DNA from: an uncultured delta proteobacterium
GTDB lineage: Bacteria; Desulfobacterota; Binatia; DP-6
DNA length: 64,000 bases
Direction: 5' to 3'
Assembly: GCA_963815115.1 (NCBI GenBank)
Contig: CAWFFN010000012.1
Span: forward strand, 285,174-349,173
The position numbers and the translations under genes were made by a program. This document shows positions 1-9,479 of the stretch, piece after piece (the stretch's first letter is position 1; each line of letters begins with the position of its first letter). The notes below the pieces were generated by a model. That model worked only from the letters and a program-made list of their open reading frames with translations. It did no database searches and was not told the DNA's origin.

Positions 1-75
1 GGCGTGTCGCGGAGACACTGCCAGCCCGCTGGCGACGAACCCGGCGAGGACGATCAAGAGCCGGCGGCGCGTCAT
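1..75 (-). CDS. 5' end of an exported-protein gene that runs off the left edge (partial)
   Basis: The reverse-strand ATG at 75 reads MTRRRLLIVLAGFVASGLAVSPRHA. This has a basic n-region and hydrophobic core like a signal peptide. Only 25 codons are visible. Confidence 0.3.
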   Translation of the reverse strand, partial: MTRRRLLIVLAGFVASGLAVSPRHA

Positions 76-304
76 GCCACCGAGTCAAGCGCTCGTGCGA
101 CGATCGAAGTCCGTCTTGGCCATCATACGCATCACCCCCGTGATCCCCAGGATCGCTGGCCCGGAACAGGAAGCAGAAAAAGGCCCCGCTCGCTAGCGGA
201 GGCCGCTCTCCGGCAACGCCGCCCGCTGCGCGCCGGGGACGTTCGCGGGCGCGGGGGTGCCCGGCTTCTTGCACGGACGCTGCGCGCTCGGCTATCGCCG
301 GCAC

Positions 305-1393
305 ATGACCGACCGTCCGTACCGCTTCTACGCCAGCGAGATCTCCTACTTCTCCGGCAAGGTGCGGCCGGCGTTGCGCTCCAAGCGGGTCCCGTACGAC
401 GAGATCCTGCCGACGACCGCCGCGTATCGCGACGTGCTCGTGCCGCGCACCGGGCTCGCGATGATCCCGCTGGTGGTCACGCCCGAGGACGAGACCTGGC
501 AGGACTCGAGCGACATCCTGGACGCACTCGAGGCGCGCTTTCCGGAGCCGCCGCTGATTCCCGCGACGCCGGTTCAGCGTCTCGTCTGCCATCTCGTGGA
601 GCTCTACGCCGACGAGTTCCTGATCCTTCCCGGGCTGCACTACCGCTGGAGCTTTCCGGAGAGCGAGACCCGCGCGCGGCAGGATTTCGCGATCATGACC
701 GGCGACCCGCGGCGCGCCAACCGGTTCGCCGATCAGGTGAAGACGTTCGCCCAGCTCATCGGCGTGCGGCCCGAGACCGGCCCCGGGATCGAGTCGCACA
801 CCCGGGAGCTGCTCGCGCTCCTCGAGGCACTCCTCGAGACCCAGCCGTATCTCCTCGGGGGACGCCCGTCGCTCGCCGATTGCGCGCTCATGGGGCCGCT
901 CTACGCCCATCTCTACATGGATGCGGTGCCCGCCCGGCTGCTGCGGGAGACGGCGCCCCTCACCTGCCAGTGGATCGAGCGGATGAACCATCCCGATCCG
1001 GATGGGTTCTCGGCGTGGCTGCCGGGCGACGCCCTGGCGCCGGCGCTGCGCCGGATGCTCGAGCTGATCGGCCGCGATGCGGTCCCCCTCGTCCTCGACA
1101 CGGCGCGGGCGTTCGACGCCTGGGCCGACGGCGCGGCGCCGGGCGTGGAGGAGCTGCCGCGCGGCGTCGGCATGCACCGCACGGCGCTGCGCGGCATCGA
1201 ATTCGAGCGCTTCACGCTGTCGTACACCCTGTGGATGGTGCAGCGCGTGCAGGCGGCGCACATGGCCCTCGACGTCAGCGGGCGCACGGCGGTCCGCAGC
1301 GCGCTCACCGGGACGGGCTGCGCCGACCTCCTCGCCTGGGCGCCGCGCCACCGCGTCGTGCGGCGGCCGTTCAAGCTCTTCCTCGAGCGCTGA
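305..1393 (+). CDS. glutathione S-transferase-like protein (long C-terminal domain)
   Basis: ORF 257-1393. The ATG at 305 gives MTDRPYRFYASEISYFSGKVRPALRSKRVPYDEI. The GST N-terminal pattern is present (IPLVVTPEDETWQDSSDILDALE). G/C-ending codons are frequent. Confidence 0.75.
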   Translation: MTDRPYRFYASEISYFSGKVRPALRSKRVPYDEILPTTAAYRDVLVPRTGLAMIPLVVTPEDETWQDSSDILDALEARFPEPPLIPATPVQRLVCHLVELYADEFLILPGLHYRWSFPESETRARQDFAIMTGDPRRANRFADQVKTFAQLIGVRPETGPGIESHTRELLALLEALLETQPYLLGGRPSLADCALMGPLYAHLYMDAVPARLLRETAPLTCQWIERMNHPDPDGFSAWLPGDALAPALRRMLELIGRDAVPLVLDTARAFDAWADGAAPGVEELPRGVGMHRTALRGIEFERFTLSYTLWMVQRVQAAHMALDVSGRTAVRSALTGTGCADLLAWAPRHRVVRRPFKLFLER

Positions 1394-1445
1394 CCCTCCG
1401 GAAAGATTCTTGCATTGACAGTGCAAGAAGGGCTATCGTCCGTCC

Positions 1446-3014
1446 ATGGGACGGAAGATCCTCTTCATCACGACCGACCAGCAGCGCTACGATGCGCTCG
1501 GCTGCAACGGCGGCACGGTGGCGCGCACGCCGGTCGCCGATCGGCTGGCGGCGTCGGGCATCAACTACCGGCGCGCCCACAACCAGAACGTGGTCTGCAT
1601 GCCGGCGCGCTCGACGATGGTCACCGGGCAGTACGTCCGGACGCACGGCGTGGTCGCCAACGGCGTCGCCCTCCCGGCGGACGCGCCCAGCGTCGCGGCG
1701 CACCTGCACGCGCACGGCTATCGCACCGCGCTCCTCGGCAAGGCGCACTTCGAGCCCGCGATGGACATGCGCGGAAAGTGGACGGAGAACCGCCTCGGGC
1801 GCGAGGGCTCCTTCGGGCCGCACCGCGGCTTCGAGCACATGGAGCTCGCGATGCACGTCCCGCTCGGCGGCTGGCACTACTCGGTCTGGCTGCAGCGCGA
1901 GCATCCCGACGCCACCACGGGCTTCGCCCCGCTGCTGTCGGCGCAGGGCGGCGGTGAGACGGGGGCGCCGGAGGTGGCGTACAACCCGATCCCGCGCGAG
2001 TGGTACCACACCGACTGGGTGGCCGACCGCACCATCGCGTGGCTCGACTCGCTGCCCGCGGCTGCCGACTGGTTCTGCTGGATGAGCTTCCCCGACCCGC
2101 ACCATCCCTGGGACCCGCCCGCCTCGGAGGCGAAGCGGGTGCCGTGGCGCGAGCTCGACCTGCCGCCGGGCCATCCCGGGTCGCCGGAGAAGATCGTCGC
2201 CATCCTCGGACAGAAGCCGCGTCACTGGCTCGAGTGGTGGGAGGGACGCTGGCGCAACTACGAGGGCGGCCCGATGATGTTCATCCCGAAGGACCTGACC
2301 CACGATCAGATCCGGGAGGTCAACGCCCTCACCCACGTCGAGAACGAGCTCATCGACGAGGCGTGCGGCCGCGTCCTGCGCCGCATCGCCGAGCGGGGCT
2401 GGGACGCCGAGACCGACGTCTTCTTCACCACCGATCACGGCGAGCTGCAGGGTGACTTCGGGCTGCTCTACAAGGGCCCGTATCACACGGACGCGTTGAT
2501 GCGGATTCCGTTCATCTGGCACCCCGCTCCGGTCGCCGGTGTCGCGCCGGCCGTGATCGAGGAGCCCGTCGGACAGCTCGACCTCGCCCCCACCTTCTGC
2601 CGCATCGCCGGCGTCCCGGTGCCGGAGTGGATGCAGGGCGCGCCGTTGCCGACGTCGCCCGGCTCTGGACGCGAGCGCGTCCTCACCGAATGGGACAGCC
2701 AGTTCGCCCAGATCGGCATGCACCTGCGCACCATCTATCGCGACGGCTACATCTGCACGGTGTACGAGCAGACCACGCGCGGCGTGGGCTGGGATCTCGC
2801 CCGCATGATCGAGGGAGGGCCCGTCCCGCTGCCCGACCTCACGTACGACGGGACCGAGGGGGAGCTGTACGACGTGCGCGCCGACCCGCACCAGTGGCGC
2901 AACCTGTGGAGCGACCCCGGATATGCCGCGCTGCGCTCGGATCTGGTCGCCGATCTCCACGACCACTTGCCGCCGCCCCGGCCCCGGCCCCTGCCGGTGG
3001 AGGCGCCGGCATGA
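1446..3014 (+). CDS. sulfatase (formylglycine-dependent family), no signal peptide
   Basis: The N-terminus KILFITTDQQRYDALG is sulfatase-like. The sulfatase signature C-x-P-x-R is seen as VVCMPARSTMVTGQY. FFTTDHGE lies near the C-terminal metal site. Confidence 0.9.
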   Translation: MGRKILFITTDQQRYDALGCNGGTVARTPVADRLAASGINYRRAHNQNVVCMPARSTMVTGQYVRTHGVVANGVALPADAPSVAAHLHAHGYRTALLGKAHFEPAMDMRGKWTENRLGREGSFGPHRGFEHMELAMHVPLGGWHYSVWLQREHPDATTGFAPLLSAQGGGETGAPEVAYNPIPREWYHTDWVADRTIAWLDSLPAAADWFCWMSFPDPHHPWDPPASEAKRVPWRELDLPPGHPGSPEKIVAILGQKPRHWLEWWEGRWRNYEGGPMMFIPKDLTHDQIREVNALTHVENELIDEACGRVLRRIAERGWDAETDVFFTTDHGELQGDFGLLYKGPYHTDALMRIPFIWHPAPVAGVAPAVIEEPVGQLDLAPTFCRIAGVPVPEWMQGAPLPTSPGSGRERVLTEWDSQFAQIGMHLRTIYRDGYICTVYEQTTRGVGWDLARMIEGGPVPLPDLTYDGTEGELYDVRADPHQWRNLWSDPGYAALRSDLVADLHDHLPPPRPRPLPVEAPA

Positions 3015-3054
3015 CTCTTCTCCGACGGCCCGGATCGAGGTAAGGAGCACGGTC

Positions 3055-4242
3055 ATGCGCTTCGGTATCTTCCTCGCCCCCTTTCATCCCGTCGGTCAGA
3101 ACCCGACCCTTGCGCTCGAGCGCGACCTGGAGATGATCTGCCACCTCGATCGCCTCGGCTACGACGAGGCGTGGATCGGCGAGCACCACTCCGCCGGCTA
3201 CGAGATCATCCCGTCGCCCGAGGTCTTCATCGCCGTCGCCGCCGAGCGCACGCGCCACATCCGCCTCGGCACCGGGGTCAGCTCGCTTCCCTATCACCAC
3301 CCCCTCATGCTCGCGGACCGGATGGTGCTGCTCGATCATCTGACGCGCGGGCGGATCATGCTCGGTGCGGGTCCCGGCGCGCTCGCCTCCGACGCGCACC
3401 AGATGGGCATCCCGGTGGATCGCCAGCGCGAGCGCATGGAGCAGGCGCTCGACGCCATCATGCAGCTGCTCGCGGGCGAGGGGCCGGTCGACATGGAGAC
3501 CGACTGGTTCACGCTGCGCGACGCGCGGCTCCAGCTCCGGCCCTACACCCGGCCGCACTTCGAGATCGCCGTCGCCGCCATGGTGTCGCCCAGCGGACCG
3601 CGCGCGGCCGGCCGCTTCGGCATCGGGCTCCTCTCGATCGGCGCCACGCAGCGGGGCGGCTTCGACGCGCTCAAGACGGCGTGGGACATCTGCGAGTCCA
3701 AGGCGACCGAGCACGGCAAGTCGGTCGACCGCGCCGGCTGGCGCCTGGTCGGACCGATGCACCTCGCCAGGACCGAGGAGCAGGCGCGGCGCGACGTCGA
3801 GTTCGGTCTCGCCGACTGGGTCGACTACTTCCGGCGCGTCGCCGCGCTGCCGCTGGCGCCCGACACCGACGACACCGGCGAGCTGGTCGACGCCATGATC
3901 GAGTCCGGTCTCGCCGTCATCGGAACGCCGGAGATGGCCGTGGCGCAGATCGCGCGGCTCCAGGAGCAGTCCGGCGGCTTCGGCAGCTACCTGCTCATGG
4001 CCCACGACTGGGCGGATCGCGAGAACACGTTGCGCTCCTACGAGCTCTTCGCGCGCGAGGTCATGCCCCACTTCCAGGACTCCGCCGTCTCGCTGGCCGC
4101 CTCGCGCGACTGGGCCGCGGAGAACCACGAGCTCTTCGTCGGCCAGATGACCGGCGCCATCGCGAAGGCGATCTCCGAGCACTACGACGAGCAGTCGGCG
4201 CCGCCGCGCGACGAGGTCGCCGCAGGCGCACGGCGTCGCTGA
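3055..4242 (+). CDS. LLM-class (luciferase-like) flavin/F420-dependent oxidoreductase
   Basis: The internal ATG at 3055 is preceded by AAGGAG at 3042-3047. MRFGIFLAPFHPVG...LGYDEAWIGEHHS is typical of luciferase-like monooxygenases. Confidence 0.9.
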   Translation: MRFGIFLAPFHPVGQNPTLALERDLEMICHLDRLGYDEAWIGEHHSAGYEIIPSPEVFIAVAAERTRHIRLGTGVSSLPYHHPLMLADRMVLLDHLTRGRIMLGAGPGALASDAHQMGIPVDRQRERMEQALDAIMQLLAGEGPVDMETDWFTLRDARLQLRPYTRPHFEIAVAAMVSPSGPRAAGRFGIGLLSIGATQRGGFDALKTAWDICESKATEHGKSVDRAGWRLVGPMHLARTEEQARRDVEFGLADWVDYFRRVAALPLAPDTDDTGELVDAMIESGLAVIGTPEMAVAQIARLQEQSGGFGSYLLMAHDWADRENTLRSYELFAREVMPHFQDSAVSLAASRDWAAENHELFVGQMTGAIAKAISEHYDEQSAPPRDEVAAGARRR

Positions 4243-4258
4243 CCGCCGGCGACACGTC

Positions 4259-4867
4259 ATGAAGCTCTACGACGCGAGGACGGCTCCGAACCCGCGCCGG
4301 GTCCGCATCTTCCTCGCCGAGAAGGGCATCGAGGTGCCGGTCGAGCAGGTCGACATCGTGTCGGCGCAGAACCGCTCTCCCGAGTTCCGGACGAAGAACG
4401 CCATGGGCACGCTGCCGGTGCTCGAGCTCGACGACGGCACCACGATCGCGGAGAGCGTCGCGATCTGTCGCTACTTCGAGGAGGTCCACCGCGATCCGCC
4501 GCTCATGGGGACGGATGCGAAGGATCGCGCACTGGTCGAGATGTGGCAGCGCCGCATGGAGCTCGAGGTCTTCGTGCCGGTGACGCAGGTCTTCCGCAAT
4601 GCCCACGCCTTCTTCAGGGGCCGGATCCCGCAGGTGCCGGAGTACGGCGAAGTGTGCCGCACGCACGCGCAGCAGCGCCTCGCGTGGCTCGACGGGGTGC
4701 TGGCCGACCGCCCCTTCGTCGCCGGGGAGCGCTACACCATCGCCGACATCACCGCGCTCTGTGGCATCGACTTCGGCCGCGTCAGCGACATCCGCATCCT
4801 GCCCGAGCAGACCAACCTGACGCGCTGGCACAACGCCGTCTCGGCCCGTCCCAGCGCGAAGGCCTGA
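4259..4867 (+). CDS. glutathione S-transferase
   Basis: MKLYDARTAPNPRRVRIFLAEKGIEV...GTLPVLELDDGTTIAESVAICRYFEE shows a canonical GST N-domain with the ES..I..Y motif. Confidence 0.9.
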   Translation: MKLYDARTAPNPRRVRIFLAEKGIEVPVEQVDIVSAQNRSPEFRTKNAMGTLPVLELDDGTTIAESVAICRYFEEVHRDPPLMGTDAKDRALVEMWQRRMELEVFVPVTQVFRNAHAFFRGRIPQVPEYGEVCRTHAQQRLAWLDGVLADRPFVAGERYTIADITALCGIDFGRVSDIRILPEQTNLTRWHNAVSARPSAKA

Positions 4868-6256
4868 GTGGTCCGAGCGGCTCCGGAGCGGAGCGCGGCG
4901 GGACGGCTCGCGACCCGGGGTGCGGCGGCATTCCTGCTTCTCGGATGGCTCGCCGCGGCGGCGGCGCGCGCCGCAGACGGTCCCGACGCGGCGGCGTTCG
5001 CCGCCACTCTCGACGCGCTGGTCGCCGCCGAGCGTCCCCGGGGAGGCTGGACGTTCGCGCCGGCGGCGGACGGCGGGCGGCCGCAGCCCTTCACGCTGGT
5101 GATGCGGATGGCGGAGCGCGTCGCCCAGCCGCTCGGCCTCGCGCGCTGGGATCTGCTCGTGGTGCGCAGCCCCGGCACCCCGGCGGCCGGCTTGCTGCTG
5201 CTCGCCGGGAATCGGCTCACGGGCCGCGCGGACTATCTCGACGCCGCGCGCCGCGCGGGCGACCTGCTCGCCGCCGTGCAGCTTCCGTCCGGCGGCTGGT
5301 TCTCGGAGATGCCGGTGGAAGGCGAGCGGCTCGCCGCGTGGTTCCCGTGGGTGGCCGTGCGGACGACGCTCGACGACGACGTCACGCCGGGGGCGGTGCG
5401 CTTCCTGCTCGCGCTCTGGGAGCGCACCGGCGACCCGCGCTACCGTGACGCGGCCCGGCGCGGGATCGACCTGCTGGTGCGCGCCCAGCTTCCCTCCGGC
5501 GCGTGGCCGCACTGCTGGCGCCCGCGCTGGCTGCGGGCGGTGCACGCGTCACGCGAGGACCACCCCAGCCTGAACGACGGCATGACCCCGCTCGCGATCG
5601 AGACGTTGCTGGTGGCGGCGCGGAGCCTCGGCCGCCCGGAGCTGCTCGCGGCCGCACGGCGCGGCGGCGAGTGGCTGCTCGCCGCGCAGCTCGCGCCGCC
5701 CCGGGCGGGCTGGGCGCAGCAGTACGACGAGGGCGGGCGTCCCGCGGGCATGCGTCCGTTCGAGCCCCCGGCGCTGGCGTCCTGGGAGACGCGCCACGCG
5801 GTGGATGCGCTCGACGCGCTCGCGCGCACCACCGGTGAGGCGCGCTGGTGCCGCGCCGTGCGGGCCGCCGCCGGCTGGCTGCGCTCGTCCGCGGTCGCGC
5901 CCGGATGCTGGGCCCGGTTCTACGGTCTCGACGACGGCGCCCCGATCTACCTCGATGCGATCGGGGCGCGCGTGGCGACCGCCGCCGCGGCGCGCCCGGG
6001 CTACGACTGGCGCGGCGACTTCGGCATCGCCGCGCTGCTCGAGCGGCTGGCGCTGTCCGGGGCGCCGGCGCCGCCCGCGCCGCTCGCGGGCGATCCCGGC
6101 GCGTGTCCGGGCACGGTCGACGCGCTGCACGTGGGCCATGGAGCGCGCAGCCTGATGGCCGAGGCCGGCATGCAGCTCGCCGTGCTCGAGCCGCCGGGCA
6201 TCTCGCCGTGCGCCGGCACGCCGGCCGAGCTTGTTGCCGCGGACGCCCTTCGCTAG
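4868..6256 (+). CDS. secreted alpha/alpha-toroid protein, pectate-lyase PL10 (PelA/Pel-15E)-like
   Basis: The GTG start directly abuts the GST stop. The signal peptide is [17 protein letters not shown]. Repeated P-x-GGW / LPSGAWP / GWAQQYD / [15 protein letters not shown] motifs resemble the PL10 fold. The family assignment comes from memory only. Confidence 0.55.
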   Translation: MVRAAPERSAAGRLATRGAAAFLLLGWLAAAAARAADGPDAAAFAATLDALVAAERPRGGWTFAPAADGGRPQPFTLVMRMAERVAQPLGLARWDLLVVRSPGTPAAGLLLLAGNRLTGRADYLDAARRAGDLLAAVQLPSGGWFSEMPVEGERLAAWFPWVAVRTTLDDDVTPGAVRFLLALWERTGDPRYRDAARRGIDLLVRAQLPSGAWPHCWRPRWLRAVHASREDHPSLNDGMTPLAIETLLVAARSLGRPELLAAARRGGEWLLAAQLAPPRAGWAQQYDEGGRPAGMRPFEPPALASWETRHAVDALDALARTTGEARWCRAVRAAAGWLRSSAVAPGCWARFYGLDDGAPIYLDAIGARVATAAAARPGYDWRGDFGIAALLERLALSGAPAPPAPLAGDPGACPGTVDALHVGHGARSLMAEAGMQLAVLEPPGISPCAGTPAELVAADALR

Positions 6257-6267
6257 GGTCCCGCGGG

Positions 6268-6882
6268 ATGATCGCCTGCCTCGACCTCGAGGGCGTGCTG
6301 GTGCCCGAGATCTGGATCAACGTCGCCGAGCGCACCGGCATCGCCGCGCTCCGGCGCACGACGCGCGACGAGCCCGACTACGACGAGCTGATGCGCGGCC
6401 GGCTCGCCATCCTGGACGAGCACCGTCTCGGCCTGCCCGACATCCAGGCCGTGATCGGGAGCATGGAGCCGCTCGACGGCGCGCTCGAGTTCCTGGCCTG
6501 GCTGCGGAGCCGCACCCAGGTCATCATCCTGTCGGACACCTTCGTCCAGTTCGCGCAGCCGCTGCTCGGCAAGCTCGGCTGGCCGACGCTGTTCTGCAAC
6601 TCGCTCGAGGTCGAGGGCACGGGACGCATCGCGGGCTATCGGCTGCGGATCGCCGACGGCAAGCGCCGCGCGGTCGAGGCCCTGCGCGCGCTCAACTTCC
6701 GCGTCGTCGCCGCCGGCGACTCCTACAACGACACGACGATGCTGGGCGCCGCCGACGCGGGCATCCTCTTCCGGCCGCCCGCGAACGTCATCACCGACTT
6801 CCCGCAGTTTCCCGTGACGCGGACCTACGCCGAGCTGGCGGCGGCGATCGTGCGGCACGGCGGCGGCGAGATCGTGGCGTAG
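6268..6882 (+). CDS. thrH: bifunctional phosphoserine phosphatase / homoserine phosphotransferase ThrH
   Basis: [25 protein letters not shown]...ILSDTF...[12 protein letters not shown]...FPQFPV aligns almost motif-for-motif with Pseudomonas ThrH as I recall it. The HAD motifs DxD and GDSYND are present. Confidence 0.9.
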   Translation: MIACLDLEGVLVPEIWINVAERTGIAALRRTTRDEPDYDELMRGRLAILDEHRLGLPDIQAVIGSMEPLDGALEFLAWLRSRTQVIILSDTFVQFAQPLLGKLGWPTLFCNSLEVEGTGRIAGYRLRIADGKRRAVEALRALNFRVVAAGDSYNDTTMLGAADAGILFRPPANVITDFPQFPVTRTYAELAAAIVRHGGGEIVA

Positions 6883-6891
6883 CAGAGCGGA

Positions 6892-8763
6892 GTGCCGGCT
6901 CTGGCGCGACGATCCCGGGCGCCGGTCGCCGTCGCGGTGGCACTCCTCGCCGCCGCCTGCTTCTGGCCGAGCATCCGGCTCGGGCTGGAATGGGTCGATC
7001 AGGGGCACATCGTCTATCCCATCTGGCTGGTCGCTCGCGGCGCGCTGCCCTATCGCGACTTCCACCAGCTCTACGGCCCCTCGCTCTTCTTCCTGAACGG
7101 CGCCCTGATGCGCTGGTTCGGCGAGGACCTGCTGGTGCTCCGCCTGGGCCTCCTCGCCGTGAAGGTCGCCCTGGCGGTTCTCGTCTTCCTGCTCTCCGGC
7201 AGGGTCGCGCGTCCGGCGATCGCGCTCGCCGTGACCGCGTGGCTGGTTGCCGTGTGGTGCTCCCCGCTGTGGCTGTTCTGGGCGCCCTACGGCGTGCACT
7301 ACACCCTCGTCCTCGGTCTCGCCGGTGTGGCGATCCTGCTCGGCCCGTCCGCGCCCGTGCTGCGCGCGCTCGCCGCCGGGCTGTGCTTCGGCGCGGCCGC
7401 GACCTTCAAGCAGACGACGGGTCTGCTCGGCGCGGTGGGCGTCGCGGTGGCGCTGACGTCGGCGGGCGCAGAGGGCGGAGAGACGGATACGCTCGCCGGT
7501 CCCGCGCGCTTGCTCCGCCTGGCGATCGTCGTCGCGGCGGCGCTCCTGGCGCTCGCCTATCCCGCCGGCGGGCGCGGGGCGGTCCGCGGGATCTGGACCA
7601 TGGCGCTGCTCGCCGCACCGCCCGTGCTCGCGCTGATCGCGGAGACGATGCGTGACCGCGGCAGCGAGCGCAGCCTGCGGGGCGGCCGCGGCCGGATCGC
7701 CCGGGTCCTGGCGTTCGGACTCGGCTTCGCCCTTCCGCTCGCCGCGTTCGCGGCGCTGTACGCGAGCCGGGGCGCGCTCGGCGACCTGATCCACGACACG
7801 CTGCTCGGCCTGCCCCAGCGCATCGACTGGTTCGTTCCCTTCGAGCGGCCCGCCACCTCGACCCTCGTGTTCGGCGCGGCCCTCGTCGCGGGCGCCGGCG
7901 CACTCGCGGCGCCGGCCGGACGCGCGCGCACCGCGCTGCTCGGACTCGCGACGCTCGCGGTGGCGCTGATCGTCGGCGCGGTGCTGACGCGCGCACCCTG
8001 GGGCATCGTCGCGTGGCAGGTCTCGGACTACCTGCCCGCGGCGCTGGTCTGGGTGTCGGCACCGCTGGCGCTGCGCCGGGGCGCGACGGCTCCCCGGCTC
8101 CTCTGGTGGTACGGCGCATTCACCTTCCTCTCGCTCTATCCGGCGGCCGACGTGCCGCACGGCCTGATGATCCTGCCGGTGGTGGTCCCGCTCCTCGCGC
8201 TCGTGCTCGAGCGCGCCCAGGTGGCCGCGGGAGAGGGCTGGCCGCCGCGACTGCTCGCCGCCGCACTGACCGGGCTGCCGCTGCTCATGCCCGCGGAGCA
8301 GGCGGTCGGGTTCCTCGCCGCGAGCGTCGCGTCGCGCCCGGCCGGCGTACTCACGTTCGCGCGCGCGTGCGGCATCTGGGGCGGTGACGCGCGCTCCGGC
8401 GAGATGCGCGAGGTGCTGGCGGCGCTCGACCGGACGGCGCCGCCGGGCGCCCCGGTGCTCGTGCTGCCGAGCGCGCAGCTCCTCTACTTCCTCGCCGACC
8501 GGCCGTCGCCACTGCCGCGGGCGGAGATGGTCCTCTACCTCCTGACCGCCGGCCTGCTGCATCCCGACGACGCGCGCGCGCTGGCGCCGGAAGACGACCT
8601 GCTCGCCCGCCTCCGGGCGGCCCCGCCGGTCATCGTCCGCGGCGACGGCGACGACTGGCGGCGGATCGCAGCGACCTATCCCGCGCTCGCGACGTGGATC
8701 GACGCCAGCTACGCCCCGGTCGCCCGCGTGGGCACGCGCGAGATCCTGCGGCCGCGGGGCTGA
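6892..8763 (+). CDS. polytopic membrane protein, GT-C-like (putative polyprenyl-phosphate-sugar dependent glycosyltransferase)
   Basis: This is a 623-aa ORF with more than 10 hydrophobic segments and a soluble C-terminal tail. It lies convergent to two GT2 genes. The function is inferred from topology and context only. Confidence 0.7.
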   Translation: MPALARRSRAPVAVAVALLAAACFWPSIRLGLEWVDQGHIVYPIWLVARGALPYRDFHQLYGPSLFFLNGALMRWFGEDLLVLRLGLLAVKVALAVLVFLLSGRVARPAIALAVTAWLVAVWCSPLWLFWAPYGVHYTLVLGLAGVAILLGPSAPVLRALAAGLCFGAAATFKQTTGLLGAVGVAVALTSAGAEGGETDTLAGPARLLRLAIVVAAALLALAYPAGGRGAVRGIWTMALLAAPPVLALIAETMRDRGSERSLRGGRGRIARVLAFGLGFALPLAAFAALYASRGALGDLIHDTLLGLPQRIDWFVPFERPATSTLVFGAALVAGAGALAAPAGRARTALLGLATLAVALIVGAVLTRAPWGIVAWQVSDYLPAALVWVSAPLALRRGATAPRLLWWYGAFTFLSLYPAADVPHGLMILPVVVPLLALVLERAQVAAGEGWPPRLLAAALTGLPLLMPAEQAVGFLAASVASRPAGVLTFARACGIWGGDARSGEMREVLAALDRTAPPGAPVLVLPSAQLLYFLADRPSPLPRAEMVLYLLTAGLLHPDDARALAPEDDLLARLRAAPPVIVRGDGDDWRRIAATYPALATWIDASYAPVARVGTREILRPRG

Positions 8764-8780
8764 GCGCGCCCTGGAGCCGG

Positions 8781-9479
8781 TCACGACGGCAGCGGTCGCC
8801 CGAGCACGATGCAGCGCACCCAGTAGCGCAGCAGGCAGGAGAGCAGCTTCGCCGTCTCGGGGATGTGACGCATCTTCGAGCGTCCGGCGGCACGCGGCCG
8901 GTACTCGACCGGCACGTCGTGGATGCGATGCCCGGCGAGCGTGATGAGCACGGCCAGCTCGGCGGCGTGCTCGAATCCCGGCTGCCGCAGCTGGGCGAGC
9001 GGCAGCGCGCCGCGCCGCAGGCCCTTCATGCCCGTGTACACGTCGGTCGTGTGCTGGCGGTAGAGGACGTCGAAGAGCGCGCTCGCCATGCGGTTGCCGA
9101 GCCGGCGCACCACGGGCATGGCGGGCGGCCGGGGTCCGAGGAAGCGAGACCCGTAGACGACCGGGTGCTCGCGCAGCGCGCGCACGATGTCCGGGATCGC
9201 CTCGGGCGGATACTCGAGGTCCGCGTCGGCGATCACCACCAGCTCGCCATCCGACGCCGCGATGCCGTCGCGGATCGAGGCGCCGTAGCCTTCGTTGCGG
9301 GCGTGGCGGATCAGGCGGCCGCCCCGGCGCTCGATGCGGCTCACGGTGCCGTCCGTCGAGGCGTTGTCGACGAAGAGGAGCGCGTCGGCGTAGCCCAATC
9401 GGGCGACCCGGTCGTAGAACTCGTCGATCGCCGCTTCCTCGTCGAGCACGGGGACGATGATGTCGAGCGGCCGGCTCAC
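8781..9479 (-). CDS. family 2 glycosyltransferase (Dpm1/ArnC-like polyprenyl-phosphate glycosyltransferase)
   Basis: The GTG at 9479 overlaps the upstream stop (GTGA). Motifs LDIIVPVLDEE, VDNASTDGT, the DxD motif ADADLEY and a C-terminal amphipathic tail are present. Confidence 0.85.
   Translation of the reverse strand: MSRPLDIIVPVLDEEAAIDEFYDRVARLGYADALLFVDNASTDGTVSRIERRGGRLIRHARNEGYGASIRDGIAASDGELVVIADADLEYPPEAIPDIVRALREHPVVYGSRFLGPRPPAMPVVRRLGNRMASALFDVLYRQHTTDVYTGMKGLRRGALPLAQLRQPGFEHAAELAVLITLAGHRIHDVPVEYRPRAAGRSKMRHIPETAKLLSCLLRYWVRCIVLGRPLPS

Noticed and set aside
4-5545. ORFs 4-2085 (+), 1371-3056 (-), 2839-4260 (-) and 4061-5545 (-).
   Set aside because: All overlap GST, sulfatase or LLM genes that show family signatures. 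All have Arg/Pro/Ala-rich composition.
6253-8784. An 843-aa minus-strand ORF across the thrH and GT-C-like genes.
   Set aside because: It is antisense to ThrH, which matches the Pseudomonas protein almost motif-for-motif, and to a coherent multi-TM protein. The ORF itself is Arg/Glu/Gly-rich junk with no hydrophobic structure.
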